Assembly (NCBI GenBank): GCA_016931965.1
Contig: JAFGDT010000079.1
Span: 16,694-80,693 of the forward strand
From: a bacterium
GTDB lineage: Bacteria; Zhuqueibacterota; QNDG01; DSAB01
Length of the DNA stretch: 64,000 nt
Direction of reading: 5' to 3'
Position numbers and translations under genes: made by a program. Positions 11,286-21,223 of the stretch are shown here, in pieces. The number at the start of each line of letters is the position of its first letter. The first letter of the stretch is position 1. Under the pieces are notes generated by a model. That model saw nothing but the letters and a program-made list of their open reading frames with translations, searched no databases and was not told where the DNA came from.

Positions 11286-11496
11286 ATATGATCGTAGTAA
11301 AGAAGACAGATTCAACCTGGTTTGTGTCTCTGTTTGAAATAGCAGGCATTAAATTTGCTTGATGATTTTATTTGGCATTTTGAAGACAAAATGATTGATT
11401 TCTGACCATTTTTTAAGCGATTTTAAAGCAATTTGGTAAAGATAAGGTGAACGATATTTTTCAATGATCATATAAATAAATGGAGAAGGTCATTCA

Positions 11497-12123
11497 GTGG
11501 CTATGCAATTTGCGACAAATGCAACAAGGATGGAACTCCTGCGAATCAAAAAACGGCTGGTGTTGGCTCACCGCGGTCATAAGCTTTTAAAGGATAAACA
11601 GGATGCCCTTATGCGTCATTTTCTTGAACTGGTTGATACAATTCGGGAGTTGCGAAAAGAAGTCGAAGAGAAGATGCAAAGATGTTTTCAATATTTTCTA
11701 ATGAGTCGGATATCAACCTCCCGTCCCTATATAGAAGAAGCTTTGATGGTGTCAAATAAAAAATTGGATATTGAGTTTGAAAGTAAACAGGTACTCAATT
11801 TACAGGTTCCGGTCATTGTGAGTCGAGTTGAGGGGGATATCAGAAGTTATGGTTTTGCTCATACAACGGGGAATCTGGATTTGGGTTTACAGTTATTTGA
11901 GGAGACTTTTCCAAAATTGTTGGAATTGGCCCAAGCTGAAAAGGGTCTCTATCTGATCGGCGATGATATTGAAAAGACACGCAGGAGAGTGAACGCATTG
12001 GAGTATATTCTTATTCCAGGGTTAGAAGAAACGAGGAGATATATTCAAATCAAACTCAATGAAGTTGAAAGAGGAAATTTGACACGATTGATGAAGGTCA
12101 AGGAATTGATTCGTGAAGACTAA
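11497..12123 (+). CDS. ntpD: V/A-type ATPase subunit D
   Basis: ATRMEL, RGHKLLKDKQD and IEKTRRRVNALEY. Confidence 0.97.
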   Translation: MAMQFATNATRMELLRIKKRLVLAHRGHKLLKDKQDALMRHFLELVDTIRELRKEVEEKMQRCFQYFLMSRISTSRPYIEEALMVSNKKLDIEFESKQVLNLQVPVIVSRVEGDIRSYGFAHTTGNLDLGLQLFEETFPKLLELAQAEKGLYLIGDDIEKTRRRVNALEYILIPGLEETRRYIQIKLNEVERGNLTRLMKVKELIRED

Positions 12124-12141
12124 TTAATCGATCAATATGCA

Positions 12142-14709
12142 ATGATAACATTTGCCTTAGCGGGAAAATTAATGAAAAGAATTTTATATATCTTATCTCA
12201 TTCTATTTTCGTTATCTCTATTTTCTTCATTTTTTCCTTTTCGTTTTCACTTTATGCTCAAGGAGTAGAATTGTGGGGGGAAAGGGTACAGTACTACCTT
12301 CAGTTAAAAAGAGATGATTTTTTTGAGGCCATGATTCCAAAAGAGAGATTTCTTCTTGGGATCGTGCAAAGTGTCAATGAAGAGATAGAAGATCGCCGAT
12401 TGCATGGAGTGGATGTGTCTGAATTGGGAATTCGTGAGATTATCCCACCCGATGAAATGGTCATTGATGAATATGTTCGAGAAATGCAGAAGGTTGCTGA
12501 TTTGATTGACGAAATAGAACAATTGGAAAGAAAAGCCAGACAGAAAGCCGACTTGAACGCTTTGGAAATTCTTTCAGGTTTAAAGAGATCGGTAAGAGAA
12601 ATCATCGAAGGCGATGCATCTATGAATCAATATGAAAGGATTGTTGAAAGTATCAGCACAGGTGAAAATGGGGGAATTGTGGTCACTGATTCAATGGATT
12701 CTTTCGAAGTCTATATCGGTCCAGAAGATCTCTTTGAACAGTGGAAATACAACCAGATATTGGATTACAAAGTGAAATATACAGAATTTGAATTTCTCCG
12801 TACTCGATTGTTACAAACAGCAACCCCTGCTCAAGAAAAACGGATGTTCCAAAGATATTTGAAAAGAACGCTTGATACTTATTCGCGAGGTGATTTTCTC
12901 CTTTCAAGGCTGCAATTTAGAGATATTTTAAGTACCTTTGAACATTATGAATTTTTAGATGATATCTGTTACTACTACGGCGAGTCATGTTATGGATTGA
13001 ACTATTTTGATGAAGCGTTGGAAGCCTATCAACGTGTCATCGATGAATATCCGGGCTCATTATTCTGTGCAAAGGCACTGGTTAAACAGATTTATATTTA
13101 TTATATCTATGGGCAATTAGACAGACTCTACAAAGTTTATCAACATTTACTCATCTATCAGGATCAGTTGGATTCTGAACAATTGGGTATTGTATTTTAT
13201 TTGGTTGGATATGCTTATTTCCAATCAGGGGAGTATGAAAAAGCGATTGAATCATTGGGACAAGTGGCTAGCGGAACGACCTATTTTTTCCCGTCTCTCT
13301 ATCTTTCAGCAGCCTGTTGCTCAAACCTGGGTCGGGATGAGGCGGCTTTAACAACCTACCAAATGATCGTTGAAGAGAGAATCCATGGGGATAGGGATCC
13401 CGTATTGTCTCAAATCAAAAATAATGCACTCCTCAAACTGGGATTAATCTATTATGAACGGGGAGAGGATGAAAAAGCCGTTGGCTATTTTAATCAGGTA
13501 TCGCAGGATTTTCAATACTATGATTTGAGCTTGATGGCAAAAGCATGGAGTGCCTACAGGACAGGACGGCCTGGGGAGGTTTTGGAAAGTGTGGACTGGC
13601 TGTTAAACAACGCGATGATTTCAAACTATGCCTATGAAGCCATGGTTCTTGCCGCGAGTTCGAAAGATCTTTTGGGTAACAGAGAGGAAGCGATTGAGGA
13701 TTTAAAGCAGGTCTATCGAATCGGAAGTGAATCCAATCAAAATATCATCGAATCGTCGGATCCCTGGGCATTGGTGCAAGATCTCCGTGAGACGGAAGAA
13801 GTCTATCAAGAATCATTGGATGATAAGGATCGTGCCATGTTTGCCGAAATTGATAAAATTCGACAGTTTCTCCAGGCATCGGTTTCAATTCCTCAACCTG
13901 CCGATTATGATGAAACTCGAATAGATGATGGCATCTCAGAAACAACAGAAGAAATCATTCAAAAAATAGAGACGCTGGATAATTTAGAAAAGCAACTGGA
14001 AAATAGAGAGAACACAGAGCTCATTCGGCAGATTCGCCAACTCAGGAGTAGTCTCATTGAAGTGCTTCAGGGGCAAACCGATCGTTTTTCAGGAACATTA
14101 TACGATGCAGAGGAATCTCCTTTGATCCGTCGTATGGGGATTGCCGAGTACCAAAAATATATTTTTCGATCATTGCTTCTACAGACAAAACGTGAAAAAG
14201 ACCAAACCATGAAGGATATTTTAGAAGCTGAACAACTCCTCGAAGAAGCCCGAGAACAGGATCGATTTGAAATCGTCATCCAGATGGAAATCCATCGGGA
14301 GGAATTAGAGGATTATTATGGCAAGTTGAATCTTTATGAAGTGTGGCTGCTTGAAAATATGCCCCAAGATTTTCAGATGGAATTGGACCGATGGGCTTCT
14401 TTTAGTGGATATGGCATCAGCAATATCAATTTTTCTCGGATTAAGGAAAATGAACAACGGATTGCTCAGATATCACAGACCATTCAGTTGTTGGATCACG
14501 TATTTCAATCCAAAAGGAAAAATCTGGATGATCGAATAGAGAGTTTGCTGAATGATGTCGCAAAAATAGAGGAACAAATGCAAGAGGAGAGTGTGAGAAA
14601 GGAACAAGAAGAGAGAGATCAATTTTTCCAGATCGAATATTTCAACAGAGAGGAACAAGAGTCCGTTGTCGGTGAAATTCGTGAAACCACAGATTCTGAG
14701 GAACCTTAA
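12142..14709 (+). CDS. Large secreted TPR/coiled-coil protein, GltC-like
   Basis: Sec-type signal (..SLYAQ), multiple TPR pairs, LKLGLIYYE...AKAWSAY segment and coiled-coil C-terminus; first gene of the Agl-Glt-like cluster. The start may be at 12172. Confidence 0.7.
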   Translation: MITFALAGKLMKRILYILSHSIFVISIFFIFSFSFSLYAQGVELWGERVQYYLQLKRDDFFEAMIPKERFLLGIVQSVNEEIEDRRLHGVDVSELGIREIIPPDEMVIDEYVREMQKVADLIDEIEQLERKARQKADLNALEILSGLKRSVREIIEGDASMNQYERIVESISTGENGGIVVTDSMDSFEVYIGPEDLFEQWKYNQILDYKVKYTEFEFLRTRLLQTATPAQEKRMFQRYLKRTLDTYSRGDFLLSRLQFRDILSTFEHYEFLDDICYYYGESCYGLNYFDEALEAYQRVIDEYPGSLFCAKALVKQIYIYYIYGQLDRLYKVYQHLLIYQDQLDSEQLGIVFYLVGYAYFQSGEYEKAIESLGQVASGTTYFFPSLYLSAACCSNLGRDEAALTTYQMIVEERIHGDRDPVLSQIKNNALLKLGLIYYERGEDEKAVGYFNQVSQDFQYYDLSLMAKAWSAYRTGRPGEVLESVDWLLNNAMISNYAYEAMVLAASSKDLLGNREEAIEDLKQVYRIGSESNQNIIESSDPWALVQDLRETEEVYQESLDDKDRAMFAEIDKIRQFLQASVSIPQPADYDETRIDDGISETTEEIIQKIETLDNLEKQLENRENTELIRQIRQLRSSLIEVLQGQTDRFSGTLYDAEESPLIRRMGIAEYQKYIFRSLLLQTKREKDQTMKDILEAEQLLEEAREQDRFEIVIQMEIHREELEDYYGKLNLYEVWLLENMPQDFQMELDRWASFSGYGISNINFSRIKENEQRIAQISQTIQLLDHVFQSKRKNLDDRIESLLNDVAKIEEQMQEESVRKEQEERDQFFQIEYFNREEQESVVGEIRETTDSEEP

Positions 14710-14713
14710 TCAT

Positions 14714-17700
14714 ATGCCCAAACGATGGATTCAACTATTCGGAATGATTTGTTTTGGTATGGGAATGATAAAGGCTGTTTTTCCCCAAACCGGTCTTTCT
14801 GAAGTCGATTCCACTTTCTGGTCGCTTTCACTTCCTGAAATTCAAAACTATCGGGCCTATTATGTCCAGGAATTGGAAATGCTGCAGGAAGAGAAACGTA
14901 CTCTGATCCAAAGGGGTATTGAAGACGGTGAACGGCTTCTCCAGATGAGATATGATGATAATATCGTTGACGAAATACTGGTTCGATTGGCAGACCTCTA
15001 TTATTATCAAGAGAAAGATGATTACCTTACACGTATGCAATTGTATGATGAACAGTTAACCCTGTATGAACAGGGCGTCATTCAAGAAGTGCCTGAAGAA
15101 CCTCAGTTGAATTGTCAGCATTCATTAGAGATCTATCAACGCATTATAGATGAATTTCCCCAGAGCGATTTAACAGATGACGCCTTTTACAACAAAGCCT
15201 TTCTCCTGGAAGAGTTAGGGCGATTTAAGGAGGCCAATCAGGTCTATGTTCATCTTATCGATGCTTATCCGGGCAGTCAGTATGTTCCGGAAGCTTACAT
15301 GAGATTGGGAGAGTATTATTTTAATCCCCCGATGAATGATCTTACAAATGCTATTTATTTTTACAATCAGGTTTTGAATTTTCGCGACAGTCCGCGTTAT
15401 GATGAAGCTTTGTACAAACTGGGATGGAGTTATTACAGGCTGAGTCAATATCCGGAAGCAATCAGTTATTTTACCACACTGGTTGAGAACCAGCAGATGG
15501 TTCAGAGAATCGATCCCATGAGTATGGAACTGCGAGCGGATCTGATCGATGAAGCCATAGAGTATGTGTCAATCAGCTTCATTGACTTTGGGGGTGTCCC
15601 CAAGATGATGGAGTATCTAAACAAAATCAATCGTCCTGAATGGGGTGCGGAGGCATTGAGAAAACTGGGCGATATCTATATGGTGGAACAAGAAGAATAT
15701 ATGCATGCTGTTGCCGCCTATGAAGCATTACTGAATTATGCACCCTATTCCTCTGAAGCCCCCACCATTCAAAAGAAGATCATTGATTGCTATGAAATGA
15801 CGAATAATCAGCAGGATGCGATCTTGTCTCGTCAACAATTGTTTTCCAAATATAGAGCAGAAGGAGAGTGGTGGAATCAGATTGAAGACGAAGAGGCCAA
15901 GTTGCAAGCGTATGGTTTGGCGGAACAGGCATTAAGGGAAAATATCAATTCGCTGATCAGTATGGCCAATGAAGAGTCCAGTCAATCCTTATATGAAGAG
16001 ATTGTGGAACTAGGGGAAAGTTATTTGGAATCTTTCCCGGAGGATTTACATGCCTATATGATTCGCTGGAACAATGCATTGATTTTAGATACAAAACTAC
16101 ACGCCTATAAAAAGGCTCTTCAAGAATATTTAACCATCAGTTTGGTCTATAATCACGTGCGATACGAGACATTTGCCAGAGAGAGGGGATTGGCTACAAT
16201 CAAGGACGCAGCAGAAAATGCGGTTGTTGTTGCCGATTCACTTGTTCGGCAAGAAAAAAGGCAGAATCCAGAATTGTATCAAATATCTGATGAAACGGAT
16301 GCAAAAGAACCAAGACCTTTGACAACTGCGGAAAGCTGGCTGGCCATGGCTTATGATAATTATATTAAACTCTTCCCTTTTGATAAGGAAACTCCAACTG
16401 TCCTGGCCAATGCAGGTGCACTCTATTATACGCATAACCAATTCAATGAAGCCCTCAAATACTTTAAAACGCTGGTAGAATATTTCCCCCGAAGTGAACA
16501 GGTACACAATGTTCAATTTTCCATATTGGATAGTTATTTCGGCAAGAAAGATTACATAAGTGTGGAAAATTTAGCCAAAAGGCTGCTCAGTGATCCGGCT
16601 GAGAACCAAATCAAACCCAACGTCGAAAGGCGATTGGGTGAAGCCATATTTTTGGGTGCTCAGGAATTGGCTGAAGAAGGAAAGGGTTCTCTGGCGGCAG
16701 ACGAATATTATCGTATGGCACTTGAAGTTCCTTCTCTCGATTTTGCAGATCGTTCGCTTTTTAATGCTGCCAGAGAATATGAACGTATCGGGAATTACAA
16801 TGCAGCCATTCGTGCCTATGAATTGTTGAGGGCATCGTACAGCGGCTCCTCTCTGTTGGCTGATGCGTTTAATAATGTTGCTTTTAATTATGGCGAAATT
16901 GGAGAGTATAAAATTGGTGCAGAAAGATATGAAATGTTGTATCAATTGTTAAAAGATGGGGATCGGGCAAAAGATGCGCTTTTTAATGCTTGTATCTTTT
17001 ATGAAAAAGCGCAAGAGCGGGAAAAACTAATCGAGGTGAGTCAGATGTATGCTACCCGATATCCTGATGCAGAAGATGCCCCAAACATTTTTCTCAAAAC
17101 AGCAGGTTATTATTTAGAATTGGGTTTGTATGATAGTGCTGTCAGAGTTTATGCAGATTTCCCAAAATACTTTCCGAACTCTCCCCTGGTAGTGGAAGCT
17201 TATTCGGAGCTGGGAAATTACTATTTTGGAATTAATGCTTATGTGGAGGCTGAAGAATCCTATTTAAAAGCCTATACAACCAATGATTTATTGAAGAAGC
17301 AGGGTTTGGAAGGTAACGATTATTATGCAGCTGAAGGATTGTTCCTTGCCAGTCGGATCCAAAAGAATCGGTTTAATCAGATAACATTTTCATTACCCCA
17401 GTTTTCTCTGAACCAGTCGATACAAGAAAAAACGAACCTGCTCGAACGCCTCGTCAGCCAATATGCCAATGTGATTGCATTCGGTACCTATCGTTTCCCT
17501 GAATCACTCTATCGAATCGGTGAGGTTTATGAGAATTTTGCTCAGACCTGGGCAAACCAGGAAATACCACCCATGGATCCCACTTCTCAGGCAATCAAGG
17601 AGAAAGAGATTAGCAGTCGAACCACACAAATTTACAGTCAAACTTTAGCGGCATATAGAAATGCTGTTGATGTATTGCAAGAAGTAATGGCGGAAACCAT

Positions 17701-19066
17701 TACACCAGAAAAGATCGAGGAAGATACGTTCTCTTTATCGAGTTCCAATGATAGCCTCCTGACATTGATCCATATTTGGCTGAGTAATGCCCAGGATAAA
17801 GTCTCGGAAACACTTTATCAAATGGCTGAAGTGAATGCACAATCGGTCGATTACCTACTGAATGCACCCATCCCGTCAGATTTAGATGACGTGGCAAAAC
17901 TCGAATACCGGAGTCAAGTTCTTGTGAAAGCCATTCGTCCTCTGTTACAAATTGTTGAAGAGGCGCATCGGAGAAATATATTGGTGGCCGATACATTGGG
18001 GATCCATAATCGGTGGACGGAAGCTTCTCGGTTAAAAAGGGTCGCATCGTTAAAATTTTTAAGCGATCAGTATCAGGTCCTTTCGTTCGATGCATTGAAT
18101 GGCTATCATCAAAATGTACTTGCCTATCGAGAAAGGGCTCTCGTGAGTGGTTTGAGGGTACCGGAGGAATTGCAGGTTTTAATGCTTCATTTTATTGAGC
18201 TGTCCCAATTGTATTCAAATACGGCTATTCAATTCACTGAAGAAAACGTAAACAAAACTTCAGGAAATATTCTTGAAGATTTTGAGATTACAGAAATTCA
18301 GGACGATTTGGTTGAATTCGTTGTCCATATGGTGGACTCGTTGGAAAAGGATATCGAAAAGAGACTTGAAGATCAGCAGGAAGCCGAAAGTCGATTCCAG
18401 GAAGAGGGAAGTCTTCACTACGAAGAGGTTCTGGCTACATTTGAAGATCACGTTTTTTTCTTAGAGGAAAATAAACGGATCATTTTAGAGTCGGCTTATG
18501 ACATGGCAGAACGGCTTGAAACCCCGAGCATATTGAAGGGGTGGCTTGGTGTACGACTGGTTCAGTATAATCCAGATACTTATGCTGATAAATTGGATAT
18601 TCCCATTGAAACGTTTATCCTGCAGACGGATACATCGTGGAGATATTCTCCCACATACCAGGATGGATGGGAGAAACCGAATTTTGATATGAGCCACTGG
18701 TACTGCTCCGAAGCATCCATCAACTACCGTTCGGTTGATGATATCTATGATGCGGTTCAAAATAACCAAGTCATGCCGGCTTGGCTTGATGATTCTTTGT
18801 ATGTGCGCAAAATTGTCGATGTTCCCGGATTTCCGATTTCAATGGAGATGCGTTTTCTGTCTGATCAACCCGATCGTGTCTATTTGAATGGTATACTCAT
18901 AGCTGAAAATGTAGATTCCGAACCCTTCTCGTTGATGTCAAATTTAAAAACGGGTGAGAATCTGATTGCTCTGGCCTGCTTCGATGAAATAACATTTCCC
19001 TTGATTGGTGTTGCCCGTATTCGTTATATTCCTGATAGCGTAGTATTGCCGGCGGGGAGAAAATAA
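14714..19066 (+). CDS. Very large secreted TPR protein, GltD/AgmU-like, with C-terminal beta-sandwich domain
   Basis: Signal peptide; RLADLYY, YPGSQYVPEAYMRLGEYYF and ALYKLGWSYY TPR repeats; C-terminal TDTSW..GW...FD..W..RK..VYLNG..LKTGEN domain. Confidence 0.75.
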   Translation: MPKRWIQLFGMICFGMGMIKAVFPQTGLSEVDSTFWSLSLPEIQNYRAYYVQELEMLQEEKRTLIQRGIEDGERLLQMRYDDNIVDEILVRLADLYYYQEKDDYLTRMQLYDEQLTLYEQGVIQEVPEEPQLNCQHSLEIYQRIIDEFPQSDLTDDAFYNKAFLLEELGRFKEANQVYVHLIDAYPGSQYVPEAYMRLGEYYFNPPMNDLTNAIYFYNQVLNFRDSPRYDEALYKLGWSYYRLSQYPEAISYFTTLVENQQMVQRIDPMSMELRADLIDEAIEYVSISFIDFGGVPKMMEYLNKINRPEWGAEALRKLGDIYMVEQEEYMHAVAAYEALLNYAPYSSEAPTIQKKIIDCYEMTNNQQDAILSRQQLFSKYRAEGEWWNQIEDEEAKLQAYGLAEQALRENINSLISMANEESSQSLYEEIVELGESYLESFPEDLHAYMIRWNNALILDTKLHAYKKALQEYLTISLVYNHVRYETFARERGLATIKDAAENAVVVADSLVRQEKRQNPELYQISDETDAKEPRPLTTAESWLAMAYDNYIKLFPFDKETPTVLANAGALYYTHNQFNEALKYFKTLVEYFPRSEQVHNVQFSILDSYFGKKDYISVENLAKRLLSDPAENQIKPNVERRLGEAIFLGAQELAEEGKGSLAADEYYRMALEVPSLDFADRSLFNAAREYERIGNYNAAIRAYELLRASYSGSSLLADAFNNVAFNYGEIGEYKIGAERYEMLYQLLKDGDRAKDALFNACIFYEKAQEREKLIEVSQMYATRYPDAEDAPNIFLKTAGYYLELGLYDSAVRVYADFPKYFPNSPLVVEAYSELGNYYFGINAYVEAEESYLKAYTTNDLLKKQGLEGNDYYAAEGLFLASRIQKNRFNQITFSLPQFSLNQSIQEKTNLLERLVSQYANVIAFGTYRFPESLYRIGEVYENFAQTWANQEIPPMDPTSQAIKEKEISSRTTQIYSQTLAAYRNAVDVLQEVMAETITPEKIEEDTFSLSSSNDSLLTLIHIWLSNAQDKVSETLYQMAEVNAQSVDYLLNAPIPSDLDDVAKLEYRSQVLVKAIRPLLQIVEEAHRRNILVADTLGIHNRWTEASRLKRVASLKFLSDQYQVLSFDALNGYHQNVLAYRERALVSGLRVPEELQVLMLHFIELSQLYSNTAIQFTEENVNKTSGNILEDFEITEIQDDLVEFVVHMVDSLEKDIEKRLEDQQEAESRFQEEGSLHYEEVLATFEDHVFFLEENKRIILESAYDMAERLETPSILKGWLGVRLVQYNPDTYADKLDIPIETFILQTDTSWRYSPTYQDGWEKPNFDMSHWYCSEASINYRSVDDIYDAVQNNQVMPAWLDDSLYVRKIVDVPGFPISMEMRFLSDQPDRVYLNGILIAENVDSEPFSLMSNLKTGENLIALACFDEITFPLIGVARIRYIPDSVVLPAGRK

Positions 19067-19067
19067 A

Positions 19068-19445
19068 ATGCAATATCGGTTAATTTTATATGGGACATTA
19101 TGGTTATCACTGATCGGATTGGGTTTATCCCCTATTTTATCTGCCCAGACCACGGATCAAAGCGAAATTCAACAAAATACAACGGAACAGATTGTATCGC
19201 AACAGGATTCAGATGGAGGAGAAATGGTGTTGGAGGCCATCGAAATTCAGGGGAAGGTTGAAAGACCGGGTGTTATTATTGTACCCAAAAGGGTGGAACC
19301 TGAAATAGAAGAAATTGAACTGGAGAGAAGTTTCCAACAAGAAGTGAAAGAGGAAATGGGGCAAATCCCAGAACCTGAGCGGGAATTACAATCGGTGGAT
19401 CGAATCGAAAGTATTAAAAAAACGATTCAAAAGGAAAGAGAATGA
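19068..19445 (+). CDS. Small secreted protein, GltF/CglF-like
   Basis: Signal peptide (..ILSAQ); LEAIEIQGKVERP...KR...LERSF pattern; lies between the TPR genes and exbB. Confidence 0.6.
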   Translation: MQYRLILYGTLWLSLIGLGLSPILSAQTTDQSEIQQNTTEQIVSQQDSDGGEMVLEAIEIQGKVERPGVIIVPKRVEPEIEEIELERSFQQEVKEEMGQIPEPERELQSVDRIESIKKTIQKERE

Positions 19446-19487
19446 TTCATCGCTATAAGATAATCATTTTATTGATGGAGGTTAGGC

Positions 19488-20138
19488 ATGGCTGAATTAT
19501 GGCAGAGCTTTAGTCCAGGATGGAGTGGTTGGATCTTTATGTGGGCTTTGTTGATTATGGCGGGTTTTATGATAGCGATCACAATTGAGAGAACACATTA
19601 CCTTTTTATGAAATCCAGTATCGACGCTCCGAGGTTTATGGCGCAGATCAGAAAATGGGTGCAATCCGATGATTATAAGAGGGCAATTGCTTTGTGCAGC
19701 AGTGTGAAAGAGAAAGCTTTGCCACAGGTTATTCTTGCCGGCTTACTGAAAGTCAGCAGGATGAAGATTCCGACTGCCCGCAGTGTTCAGAATGCCATTG
19801 ATGAAGGGACTTTGGAAATTATTCCGAATTTGCAAAACCGGACAAATTATCTGGCGATGATCGGTAATATCTCAACCCTTATCGGATTAATGGGAACCAT
19901 CTGGGGACTTATCATTGCCTTTCGTTCAGTGGAAGCACCGGGAATCGATGTCGCTGAAAAATCGCGCCTTTTGGCTCACGGCATTTCGGTAGCCATGAAT
20001 ACGACATTGACTGGGCTTGCAGTGGCCATTCCTTCTATTTTAGCCTATACGGTGCTGCATAACAAAACAACAAAAATTATTGATGAAATTGATGAGTACA
20101 GTGTGAAATTTGTTAATCTGGTTGTTCAAGAGGAATAG
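19488..20138 (+). CDS. MotA/TolQ/ExbB ion-channel family protein (AglR-like)
   Basis: Three TM segments; GLMGTIWGLIIAF and GISVAMNTTLTGLAVAIP. Confidence 0.92.
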   Translation: MAELWQSFSPGWSGWIFMWALLIMAGFMIAITIERTHYLFMKSSIDAPRFMAQIRKWVQSDDYKRAIALCSSVKEKALPQVILAGLLKVSRMKIPTARSVQNAIDEGTLEIIPNLQNRTNYLAMIGNISTLIGLMGTIWGLIIAFRSVEAPGIDVAEKSRLLAHGISVAMNTTLTGLAVAIPSILAYTVLHNKTTKIIDEIDEYSVKFVNLVVQEE

Positions 20139-20143
20139 CATCT

Positions 20144-20683
20144 ATGGGTTATCGATCATTAAAACGTGATCGGCGTGAATCCGAATGGGTCCATGCCAAC
20201 ATTACGCCCATGTTGAATCTCATGGTTATTCTTATTCCTCTCCTGTTGAATTCAGCCGAGTTTGTTCGTTTGGGCATCATTGAATTGAATCTGCCTCCAG
20301 CCGCGGTGAGTGCCAATGGACAAATGCTTGCCGAACTTCCGCAAGAAGAAATCGTTCATTTGGATTTAACCGTCACCATTACGGATCGGGGATTCTTCAT
20401 TTCGAGTTCACTGGCTGTTTTGGGCGGGGAAAAGGAAGGAGAACCTTCTATATCCAAAGTCAACGGGGAATATGATTTTAATATGTTGTCTATGCAGCTT
20501 TATCAGATTAAACAGAAAGCAGGATACCGGTTTCCCGATACGGATCGTATTATTTTGATGGCTGAACCGGAGATCGATTATCAAACAGTTATCAGTACAA
20601 TGGATGCTGCACGATCATTATACTATAACGGAGAGATGATCGAACTTTTTCCGGAAGTCTCGATCAGTGGTGGTGTTTTATAA
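20144..20683 (+). CDS. ExbD/TolR family protein 1 (AglQ-like; Asn at the conserved TM Asp position)
   Basis: NITPMLNLMVILIPLLL TM segment; AEPEIDYQTVISTMDAAR; LFPEV. Confidence 0.88.
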   Translation: MGYRSLKRDRRESEWVHANITPMLNLMVILIPLLLNSAEFVRLGIIELNLPPAAVSANGQMLAELPQEEIVHLDLTVTITDRGFFISSSLAVLGGEKEGEPSISKVNGEYDFNMLSMQLYQIKQKAGYRFPDTDRIILMAEPEIDYQTVISTMDAARSLYYNGEMIELFPEVSISGGVL

Positions 20684-20731
20684 TCTGGGGGTATCCATTC
20701 ATTCAAGGCTTTGAATCGGTGTGAATGTATT

Positions 20732-21223
20732 ATGGCTTTTATTCCATCTCATAAAAAACGTCCGAGAGAAAATCCAGGACAAGCACGTCTTCAGCTCACT
20801 TCCATGATGGATATGTTTACCATCATTCTCGTGTTTTTGTTGAAAATATATTCAACTCATGGCCAGTTAATCAATCCTTCCGAAGATCTCACTTTGCCTT
20901 CATCCAAAGTGCAGCAGCTGCCTGAATTGGGACTGGACGTGACCGTATCATCGGATTGGATATTGGTGAATGGAAAACCTGTTGAACAAACACAAAACAT
21001 TATTGAACAGGAGGGTTATATCATCCCGAGGCTTCAGGAAGAGCTGTTGCGCTATTCTACAGAGGCTGAAAAAATGGAAATATTGTACGGTGCTGAATTT
21101 TCAGGCAAGGCAACAATTCAAGGGGATAAGCATCTACCTTATCGGTTGTTGATCAAAGTGATGGCCACATGCGGTCAATCCAATTTTCCGAACATGAGAC
21201 TCGTTGTATATAGGGAAGAATAA
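20732..21223 (+). CDS. ExbD/TolR family protein 2 (AglS-like)
   Basis: LTSMMDMFTIILVFLLK; IQGDKHLPYRLLIKVMATC. Confidence 0.9.
   Translation: MAFIPSHKKRPRENPGQARLQLTSMMDMFTIILVFLLKIYSTHGQLINPSEDLTLPSSKVQQLPELGLDVTVSSDWILVNGKPVEQTQNIIEQEGYIIPRLQEELLRYSTEAEKMEILYGAEFSGKATIQGDKHLPYRLLIKVMATCGQSNFPNMRLVVYREE

Noticed and set aside
19488-21223. Zorya (ZorAB) anti-phage system or flagellar MotAB
   Set aside because: The partners are ExbD-type without an OmpA-like peptidoglycan-binding domain, ExbB has no long tail, and there are no zorC/D/E or flagellar genes.
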